DNA from: an uncultured Myxococcales bacterium
GTDB taxonomy: Bacteria; Myxococcota; Kuafuiibacteriia; Kuafuiibacteriales; Kuafuiibacteriaceae
NCBI GenBank assembly: GCA_964473255.1
Contig: CAYYOT010000003.1
Span: 50,449-114,448 of the forward strand
Direction of reading: 5' to 3'
DNA length: 64,000 nt
In this document: positions 7,949 to 16,329 of the stretch, one piece after another
Numbering within the stretch: the first letter of the stretch is position 1
How the letters are laid out: each line of letters opens with the position of its first letter
Notes under the pieces: generated by a model
What the model was told of the DNA's origin: nothing
The model's input: only the letters and a program-made list of their open reading frames with translations
Databases searched by the model: none
Translations under genes and position numbers: made by a program

Positions 7949-7968
7949 GTTGGACGAAGGCGTCCAAC
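7949..7968 (-). terminator. Stem-loop GTTGGAC-gaaggc-GTCCAAC downstream of the 8005..8646 gene; coordinates approximate
   Basis: A perfect 7-bp stem with a 6-nt loop lies about 37 nt past the stop at 8005. There is no clear U-tract, so it may be an attenuator or insulator hairpin rather than a classical terminator. Confidence 0.3.
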
Positions 7969-8004
7969 CGTTCGTGAAGAACTGTGAAGGTGCGGAGGGT
8001 GGGC

Positions 8005-8646
8005 TCACCCGCCCGCCCTCCGCACGACGGTGGCCAGGTCGGGCCACACTTCGACCCCCGAGGCGTTGAAGCGCGGAGCGTCCGGGGAACGTCCGGTGAG
8101 CCCGACCTGCAGGTCGGGCGGGAGCTTCACGCGCTCGATGCCGCTCACCGCATCCACGACGGGGGCGTCGTCGGTGACGTACGTCACGTCGATGGCGGCG
8201 ATGCGGGCCCGGCGGCCGATGGCGAGCTGAAAGAGGCGGGCGCATACGTGCTCGACGACATCGCCGGATACCTCCGGGCCGAGGAATGCGGCCACGACCT
8301 TCGGACTGACCGAAAGCACGGGCGTCAGACGCCGAGCGCGCTCCCGATGCCAGGCGTCGTTGCGTGTGGCCGCGCCGATCGCATGCGCGTTGGCCGCGAC
8401 CTGGACGAGGTCGGATGTCAGGCGACGCGCCGCCTCGGAGGGGGCGTCGAGCTCGAGCCACCGAGCGAGGGGGGCGCTCGCCGGGCGCCCGTGCTCCCCC
8501 GCTTCGCGCGCCTCGAGAGCCACGCGCTCCAGGAGCGAGGTGCGCGCCTCGAGGTCGCCGGCGGTCGCGGCCGCCCACAGCGGCCACCACGCGGCTCGAA
8601 GGTCGCGCTCCGCCCCCGGGTTCGTGTCCTTCCATCCGTCGGTCAC
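8005..8646 (-). CDS. Hypothetical protein (about 213 aa) with no confidently recognised domain
   Basis: ORF 8005..8778 trimmed to the GTG at 8646 (VTDGWKDTNPG...). It is the only non-junk frame across 8000-8650, and its amino-acid composition is protein-like with conserved-looking blocks (IAAIDVTYVTDDAPVVDAVSGIERV). The competing plus-strand ORF 7984..8673 and minus-strand ORF 7916..9211 are Arg/Gly-rich. Confidence 0.35.
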   Translation of the reverse strand: MTDGWKDTNPGAERDLRAAWWPLWAAATAGDLEARTSLLERVALEAREAGEHGRPASAPLARWLELDAPSEAARRLTSDLVQVAANAHAIGAATRNDAWHRERARRLTPVLSVSPKVVAAFLGPEVSGDVVEHVCARLFQLAIGRRARIAAIDVTYVTDDAPVVDAVSGIERVKLPPDLQVGLTGRSPDAPRFNASGVEVWPDLATVVRRAGG

Positions 8647-8704
8647 ACCCGCAGTATACCTTCGCTCGCTTGACGCCGGACTCCGGCCTCCCGAACGTCC
8701 CGTC

Positions 8705-9664
8705 GTGACCTTCGACGTCTTGGTCTTGATGGACCCGATCGAGCGCATCGACATCCGCGCCGACTCGACCTTCGTCATGCTTGTCGAGGCTCAGGCCCGC
8801 GGGCATCGGATCTACTACGCCCACCCCAAGGACCTTTATCTCCAGGGCGACTCGCCGGGGGTCCGGGCGCGTTCCCTCGAGGTCGAGCCGGTCGAGGGGG
8901 CACACTATCGGCTCGGCGATGCCCGCACGATCGAGCTCTCGGCCTTCGGCGCGATCCTGATGCGCAAAGACCCGCCCTTCGATACCGATTACCTCCTCGC
9001 AACCCTCGTTCTGGACCGCGTCGACCGCCGGCGGGTCGTGCTCTTCAACGACCCTCGGGCGCTTCGCGACCTCAACGAGAAGATGTCGGCGCTGCGCTGG
9101 TCTCATCTCATGCCGCCTACCCTCATCACGGCCGACCATGAGCGCATTCGAGCCTTCATCGGCGAGCACGGCGCGTGCGTGATCAAGCCGCTCCTGGATG
9201 CCGGAGGTCACGGCATTCTACGTCTCGAACGGAACGACAAGAACACGCGCTCGGCGTTGGATCTGCTCACGCACCAGGGCCGAACGATGATCGAGGTCCA
9301 GGCCTACGTGGCGGCCGTCGAGCAGGGCGACAAGCGGATCCTCTTGGTGGACGGCGACGCGGCCGGCGCGATCAACCGAGTGCCTTCGCCTTCCGATCTC
9401 GCCGCGAACATGCACGTTGGCGGGCGGGCCGAAGCCACGGAACTCACCGAACGAGACCAGGAGATATGCCGAACGCTCGGGCCCGAGCTCGAGGCTCTGG
9501 GCCTCATCTTCGTCGGTCTCGATGTGATCGGCGGCTATTTGACCGAGATCAACATCACCAGTCCGACCGGTCTGCAGGAGTACACTCGGTTCACCGGAGT
9601 ACGGGTTGAGAAGTTGATCCTGGACAGCATCGCGCGGCGCCATCGCCAGCTCGGGGACGCCTGA
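8705..9664 (+). CDS. gshB: Glutathione synthetase (prokaryotic ATP-grasp GshB)
   Basis: ORF 8360..9664 trimmed to the GTG at 8705 (VTFDVLVLMDPIERIDIRADSTF...). It aligns along its length with E. coli GshB (MIKLGIVMDPIANINIKKDSSF...ILMRKDPPFDT...DKRILLVDGD...GLIFVGLDVIG..LTEINVTSPT). The upstream 115 aa of the ORF are junk. Confidence 0.85.
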   Translation: MTFDVLVLMDPIERIDIRADSTFVMLVEAQARGHRIYYAHPKDLYLQGDSPGVRARSLEVEPVEGAHYRLGDARTIELSAFGAILMRKDPPFDTDYLLATLVLDRVDRRRVVLFNDPRALRDLNEKMSALRWSHLMPPTLITADHERIRAFIGEHGACVIKPLLDAGGHGILRLERNDKNTRSALDLLTHQGRTMIEVQAYVAAVEQGDKRILLVDGDAAGAINRVPSPSDLAANMHVGGRAEATELTERDQEICRTLGPELEALGLIFVGLDVIGGYLTEINITSPTGLQEYTRFTGVRVEKLILDSIARRHRQLGDA

Positions 9665-9665
9665 A

Positions 9666-10217
9666 GTGGCGTTCGTGGATCTGTCTCGATCTCGACTGGT
9701 CCTGAAGGCTCTTCTCGCGGGCCCACCGGCCGTGGGCAAGACTCAACGCCTCCTGCAGGTCGCCCGCCGGGGAGGACACGAGACGTTCGGTATGACGCCG
9801 CTCGGCCCCCAGAGGATGGCTTCGCTGCCCCTCGCGTCGGAGCGCACCGAGCGAGACGTCGAGCTGGAGGTCTACGAGTGGCACGGTCCGGAGCGTGCCG
9901 ATGTGCGCGCGCGGGGGCTCTTCGTCGGTCTGGATGGACTGGTCTTCATCGCCGACGCCCGTGAAGACCGCATGGTGGATAGCGTGCGTCAGCTCGAGTT
10001 CCTGGTGGCCCAGGCCGGTAAGTCCCGCATGGCTCGCCTCGCGAGTCTCCTGGTACTCGGGCATCGAGATGAGGGCCTGCTCCGCCTCGCCTCCTACGCG
10101 GACGGGTTGACAGGAGTTCAGTGGAGTCATCGCTTCGAGGGGGGCATCGAGGATGAAGAGGGCTTCATCGAAGCGCTCCGGCTGTATGCGGAAGTCATGC
10201 TGCTGCGTACCTCGTGA
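9666..10217 (+). CDS. Ras/MglA-like small GTPase-fold protein with degenerate G3/G4 motifs
   Basis: The GTG start lies 1 nt after the gshB stop. It has a P-loop LLAGPPAVGKT. The positions where DxxG and NKxD are expected read YEWHG and LGHRD. Confidence 0.5.
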   Translation: MAFVDLSRSRLVLKALLAGPPAVGKTQRLLQVARRGGHETFGMTPLGPQRMASLPLASERTERDVELEVYEWHGPERADVRARGLFVGLDGLVFIADAREDRMVDSVRQLEFLVAQAGKSRMARLASLLVLGHRDEGLLRLASYADGLTGVQWSHRFEGGIEDEEGFIEALRLYAEVMLLRTS

Positions 10218-10246
10218 AGCGACGAGTTCCGGGTTAGAACCGCGTC

Positions 10247-12619
10247 ATGCGTACTCGGTGGCCGCTCGGTATCGTCATCGTGGTGTCGGCCTGCAACAGT
10301 GGATCGGACGACGACCGACCGAAGATCGACGGCCGAGTGGTCGACGCTACGGACGACCGTCCGATCGCGGGCGCGCGGGTCGCGACCAGCCCCGAAACCG
10401 AGACGGTGCAGACCGCCAGCGACGGAACGTTTGAGATCGTGCGCGGCGTGCGTCCCAACCGGTTGGTCCGCGTGACGGCGCGGGCGGAGGGATTCGACGT
10501 CGAGAGTCAGGATGTGACCCCGAGCGTCGGCGGCGGAACCAACCTCGTCTTTCGTCTAGAGCCGCGCGTGATCTGCGTTCCCGGTTCGCGTCGCTGCGCT
10601 CAGGGCGGCGAAACCGATGGCTTTCAGGTATGCAACGAGCGCGGGAATGCGTACGACCCGGCGATCGCGTGCACGGACACCGAAGTGTGCGTCCCGGAGG
10701 CTCCCGGCTGTTCACCCGCTCGCCGGGTCACGGTGACCAGCGAAGGTGGCCTGGTCTCGTCTTCGCCCTCCGGAATCTCCTGCGCGCCGACTTGTGAGGC
10801 GTCGTTCGTCGACGGGACGTTCCTGAGGCTGACGGCCCAGCCATTCCCTGGGGGGAGCTTCTCCGGGTGGACGGGAGACTGCTCGGTCCAGGGGACGGAG
10901 CCCGTCTGCGACCTTGTCGTCGACCGCGATCTGGCGGTGGGCGCTTCCTTCCTCGAGACCCTGGCCACCGTCGAGGTCGAGTTCACCACCGAAGATGGAG
11001 CGAGTGGCGAGGTTCAACTCGACGGGACTCGGGACGGCGAGGCGCTGTCCGAGACCTGCCGAGACGACTGCGCCATCATTTTCGATCGCGGCACTCCGGT
11101 CGACCTCGCCGCCCGGGCGGACCCGGGTTTCGAGTTCGCGGGGTGGGGTGACGACTGTGAGGGTGAAGGCGACAACGAAAACTGCCGGTTGACTCTGGAC
11201 GGAGCACGAAGGGCCGGGGTGCGCTTCACGCCGGTCCGCTTCCGCCTGACCGCCGACGTGGCCGAAGGGGCGGGCACGATCGCCTCGACGCCGGCGGGGA
11301 TCGACTGTGGCTCGGACTGCGAAGCGGACTTCAACGAAGGCACGACGGTATCTTTGGTGGCGACGCCGGCACCCAGCAATCGGTTCATCGGCTGGTCCGG
11401 GGCGTGTTCGGGAAGCGTCGCCGATGCGTGCACGGTCACCATGGACCGCGACCTGGCGGTGACGGCCCGCTTCGAGGGCGAGTCGTATGATCTTACGGTC
11501 AGCCGCACGGGGGATGGTACCGGTACGGTTACTTCGAGCCCATCGGGCATCGACTGTGGTGGTGATTGCTCCCAGGTCTACGGCGGCGGACAGGCGGTCA
11601 CGCTCACCGCTTCCGCGGCCGCCGGAAACGTCTTTACCGGCTGGGGCGGCGACTGCTCGGCGTCCGGGGCCGACCCGTCGTGCATGCTGGTCATGGATGC
11701 GGCTCGGTCCGTGTCGGCGGCGTTCGACGCGGTTGCTCTCGACGTGACCGTGTCCGTGACCGGTGCGGGGCGAGTGCGGTCGACCCCTCCCGGCATCGAC
11801 TGTCCGGGGTCGTGTACGGCTGGATTCGTCGCCGGCACCTCCTTGACCTTCGAGGCCGCCCCGGACGTCGACCAAGGCGTGTCCGCGTGGACCGGGCCGT
11901 GCGCTTCCGCCGGCCGCGATACGAGCTGCACTTTCGTCGTCGATCGGGCGGCTTCGGTCGACGTCGCCTTCGACGACTTCTTCGTCCTCCCGCTGCGCGC
12001 CGATATGTCGTGCGAAGCCCTCTTTCGCTTCGAGGCAGCAGCGCCGAGGCAGAATAGCTGCGGGGGGGGCGGCAACGCCGTCGAAGTGGGCAGCTGGACC
12101 GCAGCCGTTTCGCGCTCGAGCGCGCTCGGTGACGCATACCGGCCGGGAGCGGAAGGCGATGCGCTGGACACCACCGTGCTGCTCGGCGACGCGGCGCCCT
12201 TCACCTTCGAGCTTTCCGTCCGTCGGACGGGTACCGCCTTCGGTGGCTTCGGCTCGGGCGTTCTGGTCTCGGACCGGGATGCCGCCGACCCGGGAGGGCC
12301 GGGATTCGAGCTGCTCGCCCTCGACGACGGAGCCGTCGAGCTTCAGACCTTCACCAGCAGCGTCACTTTTTCATCGGTACGCACCTCGACCGATACGTTG
12401 GCCGTCGATCGATGGGTCCACCTTACAGTCGTTCGAAGGAGTCAGGACGTCGAGTTGTTCGTGGATGGAGCGTCGGCGGCCAGTCTGGGCAGCGCTCCAA
12501 ACTGGACGGCTTCGTCGAGTACGGCGATCGTAGGAGCTCGACGCGATGGTTCCGGATACCGACAGACCCTGCAGGGTGACGTCGACGAGATTCGCTTCAG
12601 CAGTGTGGCTCGCCGGTAG
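10247..12619 (+). CDS. Large lipoprotein: N-terminal CarboxypepD_reg-like domain, five tandem Cys-pair repeats of about 90 aa, and a C-terminal LamG/concanavalin-like domain
   Basis: The lipobox is MRTRWPLGIVIVVSAC. The segment DGRVVDATDDRPIAGARVATSPETE...DGTFEI is carboxypeptidase-regulatory-like. The repeated unit is S.PSGIDCG.DC...F..GT.V.L.A.P..G..F.GW.G.C, seen at SSPSGISCAPTCEA, STPAGIDCGSDCEA, SSPSGIDCGGDCSQ and STPPGIDCPGSCTA (InlB B-repeat-like). The C-terminal DVDEIRFSS is LamG-like. Confidence 0.75.
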   Translation: MRTRWPLGIVIVVSACNSGSDDDRPKIDGRVVDATDDRPIAGARVATSPETETVQTASDGTFEIVRGVRPNRLVRVTARAEGFDVESQDVTPSVGGGTNLVFRLEPRVICVPGSRRCAQGGETDGFQVCNERGNAYDPAIACTDTEVCVPEAPGCSPARRVTVTSEGGLVSSSPSGISCAPTCEASFVDGTFLRLTAQPFPGGSFSGWTGDCSVQGTEPVCDLVVDRDLAVGASFLETLATVEVEFTTEDGASGEVQLDGTRDGEALSETCRDDCAIIFDRGTPVDLAARADPGFEFAGWGDDCEGEGDNENCRLTLDGARRAGVRFTPVRFRLTADVAEGAGTIASTPAGIDCGSDCEADFNEGTTVSLVATPAPSNRFIGWSGACSGSVADACTVTMDRDLAVTARFEGESYDLTVSRTGDGTGTVTSSPSGIDCGGDCSQVYGGGQAVTLTASAAAGNVFTGWGGDCSASGADPSCMLVMDAARSVSAAFDAVALDVTVSVTGAGRVRSTPPGIDCPGSCTAGFVAGTSLTFEAAPDVDQGVSAWTGPCASAGRDTSCTFVVDRAASVDVAFDDFFVLPLRADMSCEALFRFEAAAPRQNSCGGGGNAVEVGSWTAAVSRSSALGDAYRPGAEGDALDTTVLLGDAAPFTFELSVRRTGTAFGGFGSGVLVSDRDAADPGGPGFELLALDDGAVELQTFTSSVTFSSVRTSTDTLAVDRWVHLTVVRRSQDVELFVDGASAASLGSAPNWTASSSTAIVGARRDGSGYRQTLQGDVDEIRFSSVARR

Positions 12620-12637
12620 CGTTTCGCGGGGAAAACG

Positions 12638-13762
12638 ATGATCGACACCGTCGAGGCGTTGCTCGGCGCGCAAGGGCTGGCGGTTCTGTCGTCGGTCAGC
12701 CCTCCGTCGGAGCGTTCGAAGGTCGAGGACGGGATTCAAGCCTGTGGCCGGTCCCTCGAGGTCATCCGCCGCATCGATCTGACGCCTCACGAGTTGGCTG
12801 ACGCCGGTGTGGCCGACCTCGCGACCTGGAACGCCTTGGCCCCGGAGATTCGAAGCCTGCTGGTGAGCGTGCGCTCCACCGTCCACGCACTGCGGGAACT
12901 GTTTCCCGCGGACGATCCGAGCGCCGGGACCGATTCGATCGATCTCGATGGAGCCTTCCAGGAGGCCGAGGACTTCACCCCGGATCGAGGTCCTCAGGTC
13001 GACGCGGCGCTCGCCGACGAGAGGACGTCGGGGGCCGTCGTCGGGGTACTCACCGCGATGCTGGAAGAGGATATCGTTCGGTTCGGACAGCGGATGCGGT
13101 CGCCTCAGCTGGTCGCGGATCGCTGGGCGCTGCTCGGCGAGCTACACGAGCTCAAGAGCCACTGTGCTCAGTGCCTCGATGCGGTGGTCGCGGCTTTGCT
13201 CCGCCCCCATACCACCCAGCCGGTCGAAAACTGGCTCCCCACTTACGCCAGTGCCGGTACCCGGGCTGCCCGTCTACGTCGCGACATCGTGGATCTCCAC
13301 CGTGCGGTCGTCGAACTTCATGCGCGGCTCACCGCAGACTCGAGTCAGCTGAGCGACATTTGCCGAGAGGTCGAGAGGCTTCTTCGCGAGTTCGCGACGC
13401 AGCCGTCCTATGCCGACCTGAGACCCCTGGACAAGCAGCAGATCCTTCAGTTCCGGATCTGGCTTCTCCAAGCCCAGCGAGCGGATGCCGGTCCCCGCTT
13501 CGAAGACTTCGGTCGCTGTCTGGAAGTGATGCAGGACATCAATCGTCGCCCGGTTCTTCGGGACCACGATCGAGCCCAGCTCGACCTCGCCGTGATGCTG
13601 CTCGAGTCCGAAGAGCCGGTCGACGCCACCCGCGCCTGCCTAGAAGCCGTCTACGGCCGGTCGGCGGAGCTCGACGCGCTCTTGCGTCGCTGGCCGGACG
13701 ACCCTCCCTCACCGGATGTCCTGCTGGCCGGCGTCCTTCAGGTCCGCGACGGCCTCAACTAG
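12638..13762 (+). CDS. Hypothetical cytoplasmic protein (374 aa)
   Basis: A clean ATG at 12638 lies 19 nt after the lipoprotein stop. The composition is protein-like (Leu/Ala/Asp/Arg-rich and helical-looking). I recognised no motif. Overlapping ORFs in other frames are Arg/Pro-rich. Confidence 0.5.
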   Translation: MIDTVEALLGAQGLAVLSSVSPPSERSKVEDGIQACGRSLEVIRRIDLTPHELADAGVADLATWNALAPEIRSLLVSVRSTVHALRELFPADDPSAGTDSIDLDGAFQEAEDFTPDRGPQVDAALADERTSGAVVGVLTAMLEEDIVRFGQRMRSPQLVADRWALLGELHELKSHCAQCLDAVVAALLRPHTTQPVENWLPTYASAGTRAARLRRDIVDLHRAVVELHARLTADSSQLSDICREVERLLREFATQPSYADLRPLDKQQILQFRIWLLQAQRADAGPRFEDFGRCLEVMQDINRRPVLRDHDRAQLDLAVMLLESEEPVDATRACLEAVYGRSAELDALLRRWPDDPPSPDVLLAGVLQVRDGLN

Positions 13763-13810
13763 GGTCTGGACCCGGGTGCCCCGCGCACCGGAAAGCGCTA
13801 TGTCCCGCTC

Positions 13811-14590
13811 ATGGTGGATTACGAGAACATCGCTTTCGAGGAGCACGACGGCATTGCTCGCCTGACGGTCGACCGTCCTCGTGCTCTCAACGCCCTGAAC
13901 GCCGCCACGCTGCGGGAGATCCATGCCTGCGTGGACGCCCTTCCTTCCTCGGTCCGGGTCCTGATCGTCACCGGTGCCGGCGACAAAGCCTTCGTGGCTG
14001 GCGCGGACATCAAGGAGATGGCTTCGATGTCGTCGACCGAGGTCCTCGGCTTCACGCAGGAAGGCCACGCCGCGCTCGCGGCGCTCGAAGCGCTGCCTCT
14101 CCCGGTGATCGCAGCCGTCAACGGTTTCGCGCTCGGCGGCGGCTGCGAGCTCATGCTCGCCTGCGACTTCGCGGTCGCGGCGGAGACGGCGCGTTTCGGC
14201 CAGCCGGAAGTCGCTTTGGGCGTCACCCCCGGCCTGGGCGGAACGGTTCGTTTGAGCCGGAGAGTCGGACCCGCCTGGTCGCGTCGGCTGCTGGTGACCG
14301 GTGAGCAAATCGATGCTCGACAGGCGCTGACCATCGGTCTCGTCACCGAGGTGGTTCCCGCAACGACCCTTCACGAGCGCTGCCAGGAACTCGCGGTCCA
14401 GATTCGCAGTCAGGCACCCCTCGCCGTCGCGTGGGCCAAGCGGGCTTCGCAGCTCGCCGAAGAAGCAGCGCTTTCCGCGGGGCTCGAGCATGAGCAGCGC
14501 GTGTTCGCGTCCGCGTTCGCCACCGAAGACCAGAAGGAAGGAATGGCCGCCTTCGTCGAAAAGCGGACCGTAACCTGGAAGGGGCGATGA
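13811..14590 (+). CDS. Enoyl-CoA hydratase (crotonase family)
   Basis: Crotonase motifs are present: ARLTVDRPRALNAL, VLIVTGAGDKAFVAGADIKEM, AAVNGFALGGGCELMLACDFAV and RFGQPEVALGVTPGLGGT. Confidence 0.9.
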   Translation: MVDYENIAFEEHDGIARLTVDRPRALNALNAATLREIHACVDALPSSVRVLIVTGAGDKAFVAGADIKEMASMSSTEVLGFTQEGHAALAALEALPLPVIAAVNGFALGGGCELMLACDFAVAAETARFGQPEVALGVTPGLGGTVRLSRRVGPAWSRRLLVTGEQIDARQALTIGLVTEVVPATTLHERCQELAVQIRSQAPLAVAWAKRASQLAEEAALSAGLEHEQRVFASAFATEDQKEGMAAFVEKRTVTWKGR

Positions 14591-14620
14591 AGCCGGGTCG
14601 CCTTGTGCTAAGCCGGGAGC

Positions 14621-15736
14621 GTGGAAGCGACGTTGACGCCCGAGCTTCGCGACTTGCGCGAAAGAGTACGGTCGCTGGCCGACGAAGCCATCGCGCCGAA
14701 AGCCGAGACGACCGACCGCGAGGCACGGTTTCCTCGGGCGCAGATGCAGGTTCTCGCCGAGGCCGGCCTGCTTGCGATGCTGGTTCCCGAAGACCGGGGG
14801 GGAAACGGCCATGGATCGACCGCCTACGCCTTGGCGATTGCGGAGGTCGCTCGAGCGTGCGCGTCGACTTCGGTCACCATGGCAGTGACCAACATGGTGG
14901 CCGACGCCGTGTCGGCCTGGGGCGACCCGGATCAGATTGCCGAGCACGTTCCGCGGATCGCCGACGGTACCTACGTTGCCGGATCGTTCGCCCTGTCCGA
15001 GCCTGAAGCCGGCTCGGATGCGGGAAGCCTGAAGGCGACCGCGGTCCGCGATGAAGCTGGCTACCTGCTGAACGGAAGCAAGGCCTGGATCACCAGCGGC
15101 GACCACGCGGGCCTGGTCTTGGTCATGGCCAAGACGGATCCGCACGCGGGGAGTCGCGGGATCTCGACCTTCCTGGTCGACCCCGGAACGCCCGGCTTTT
15201 CGGTGGGGCGTCACGAGGACAAGATGGGTCTCCGCGGCTCGACGACCGTCACCCTCAACCTGGAGGACGTCCGCGTTCCCGAACATGAGCGCCTGGGCGA
15301 CGAGGGCGTCGGTTTCAAGGTCGCAATGCGGGCGCTCGACGGCGGACGGATAGGGATCGCCGCCCAGGCGACGGGCATCGCCCGGGGCGCCTATGAGGCG
15401 GCGGTCGAGCTCATCGGTTCGGCGCGCGGCGAGCTGGTCGACGCCGCCGCTCGATTGGACGCGGCCGAGGCCATGATCCTTCGCGCGTCGGCCGGCAAGG
15501 ACGCCGGCGTTCCGTTTTCTCTCGAGGCTTCGATGGCGAAGCTCTTCGCCACCGAGTCGGCCAACCGGATCGTTCAAGCGGCGTTCGCCGCCGTGGCCGA
15601 GGCCGGTTTCGATCCGCCTCATCGGCTCGAGCAGGGCGTCCGGGATGTTCGGGTGACGACTATCTACGAGGGGACCAGCGAGATTCAGCGGATCGTGATC
15701 GCCCGCAAGCTGTTCGAATCGGCCGCCGTCTCGTAA
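14621..15736 (+). CDS. Acyl-CoA dehydrogenase
   Basis: Acyl-CoA dehydrogenase signatures are present: GSFALSEPEAGSDAGSLKATA, YLLNGSKAWITSG and IYEGTSEIQRIVIARKL at the C-terminus. The start is a GTG. Confidence 0.9.
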   Translation: MEATLTPELRDLRERVRSLADEAIAPKAETTDREARFPRAQMQVLAEAGLLAMLVPEDRGGNGHGSTAYALAIAEVARACASTSVTMAVTNMVADAVSAWGDPDQIAEHVPRIADGTYVAGSFALSEPEAGSDAGSLKATAVRDEAGYLLNGSKAWITSGDHAGLVLVMAKTDPHAGSRGISTFLVDPGTPGFSVGRHEDKMGLRGSTTVTLNLEDVRVPEHERLGDEGVGFKVAMRALDGGRIGIAAQATGIARGAYEAAVELIGSARGELVDAAARLDAAEAMILRASAGKDAGVPFSLEASMAKLFATESANRIVQAAFAAVAEAGFDPPHRLEQGVRDVRVTTIYEGTSEIQRIVIARKLFESAAVS

Positions 15737-15792
15737 GGGGTCGACGGTTTCCGGGTTGACGCCCGCCTGTGCCCGCGACTACCCGATCGCTG

Positions 15793-16326
15793 ATGCGGCC
15801 GTCGATGCTCGCCGTGGCGTTGCTCTTGGCACCGAACTCGGCCTTGGCCCTCAAGATCGGGGTCGTGGACATGGAGCGCGCGATTCGCGCGTCGGACCAT
15901 TTCGACCAGGTGCGGAGCCGGCTCGAGCAGGAGCGTGCCAAGCTCCAAGCGGTTCTCGATCAGCAGGAGTCCGATCTCGAACGCCGCCGCCAGGAGCTGG
16001 AGGCCAAGAGCGCCGTGAGTACGGCGGAGAGCCTTCAGGCCGAGCAGGCTCAGCTGATGACCGACCTTCAGCGCGTCGGTCAGCAGTTCATGGTGCTGCA
16101 GCAGCAGCTCCAGGCGCTGGAACAGCGCTACACCGGACAGCTGTTCGTACGCTTTCAGGCCATCGTGCGCAGTGCCGCGGTCGAGCGAGATCTCGACTTC
16201 GTCTTTGACGAGGGAGCGGACGGCGATCCCAACGTGCTGTTTTCGACCAAGGCGCTCGATCTCACCGAGATCGTCGTGGAGCTCTACCAAAAGCAGTACA
16301 AGGACAAGCCGCTGGAGCTGGACTGA
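15793..16326 (+). CDS. skp: Skp/OmpH periplasmic chaperone
   Basis: ORF 15769..16326 trimmed to Met9, MRPSMLAVALLLAPNSALA (signal peptide). The mature protein is coiled-coil, Gln/Glu/Leu-rich (LQAVLDQQESDLERRRQELEAK) and OmpH-like. It lies immediately upstream of lpxD, as in the classical cluster. Confidence 0.8.
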   Translation: MRPSMLAVALLLAPNSALALKIGVVDMERAIRASDHFDQVRSRLEQERAKLQAVLDQQESDLERRRQELEAKSAVSTAESLQAEQAQLMTDLQRVGQQFMVLQQQLQALEQRYTGQLFVRFQAIVRSAAVERDLDFVFDEGADGDPNVLFSTKALDLTEIVVELYQKQYKDKPLELD

Positions 16327-16329
16327 GCC

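Noticed and set aside
7916-9211. 431-aa minus-strand ORF
   Set aside because: It is extremely Arg-rich and antisense to gshB across 8705-9211. It has no motifs and was superseded by the 8005..8646 frame and by gshB.
13171-15622. 377-aa plus-strand ORF 13171..14304 and 637-aa minus-strand ORF 13709..15622
   Set aside because: Both are Arg/Gly/Pro-rich and overlap the well-supported enoyl-CoA hydratase and acyl-CoA dehydrogenase frames.
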